Assembly: GCF_006345805.1 (NCBI RefSeq)
Contig: NW_021829084.1
Span: forward strand, 1-7,023
Direction of reading: 5' to 3'
DNA length: 7,023 nucleotides
Source of the DNA: Octopus sinensis
Lineage: Eukaryota
The notes beneath the pieces were generated by a model that saw only the letters and a program-made list of their open reading frames with translations, ran no database searches and was not told where the DNA came from. Every line of letters starts with the position of its first letter. The stretch's first letter is position 1. The position numbers and the translations under genes were made by a program. This document shows positions 6,803-7,023 of the stretch, one piece after another.

Positions 6803-7010
6803 AAACACAGAGGGGACGAACAAGGACAGACAAAGAGATTAAGTCGATTACATCGACTCCAGTGCGTAACTGGTACTTAATTTATCGACCCCCGAAAGGA
6901 TGAAAGGCAAAGTCGACCTCGGCGGAATTTGAACTCAGAACGTAGCGGCAGACGAAATGCGGCTACGCATTTCGCCAGGCGTGCTAACAATTCTGCCAGC
7001 TCGCCGCCCT
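6803..7010 (-). mobile_element. SINE family A monomer, tail-truncated and abutting the family D head
   Basis: Head agggcggcgagctggcagaa; B box 6924-6936; aligns with 878-1082 and stops at ...cctctgtgttt. Confidence 0.92.
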
Positions 7011-7023
7011 AAATAACCTTAGT

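Overview
Eukaryotic, AT-rich, repeat-dominated non-genic DNA. The SINE and microsatellite content looks like a coleoid cephalopod, probably Octopus (recognised from memory, not from a database search). I find no intact protein-coding gene, tRNA gene or CRISPR array. About 40% of the window is tRNA-derived SINEs of at least four families (10 units, 8 on the minus strand), and about 20% is (CA)n/(TA)n/(TACA)n/(GATA)n microsatellite. The apparently unique DNA between repeats is partly fossil DNA transposon. A dead Tc1/mariner transposase with DD41D (rosa-type) spacing lies on the minus strand at ~2805-3990, split by a SINE. Two weaker hAT-dimerisation-like relics lie at ~1572-1682 (-) and ~6240-6423 (+). 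The most notable observations are a 48-bp filler at 3537-3584 apparently copied from the SINE copy at 4243-4290, a head-to-tail fusion of two different SINE families at 6424-7010 with no Pol III terminator, a 3' module shared by those two families, and inverted SINE pairs able to form dsRNA. I do not see convincing evidence for a wholly new biological system; the interest is in transposon nesting and SINE module shuffling.
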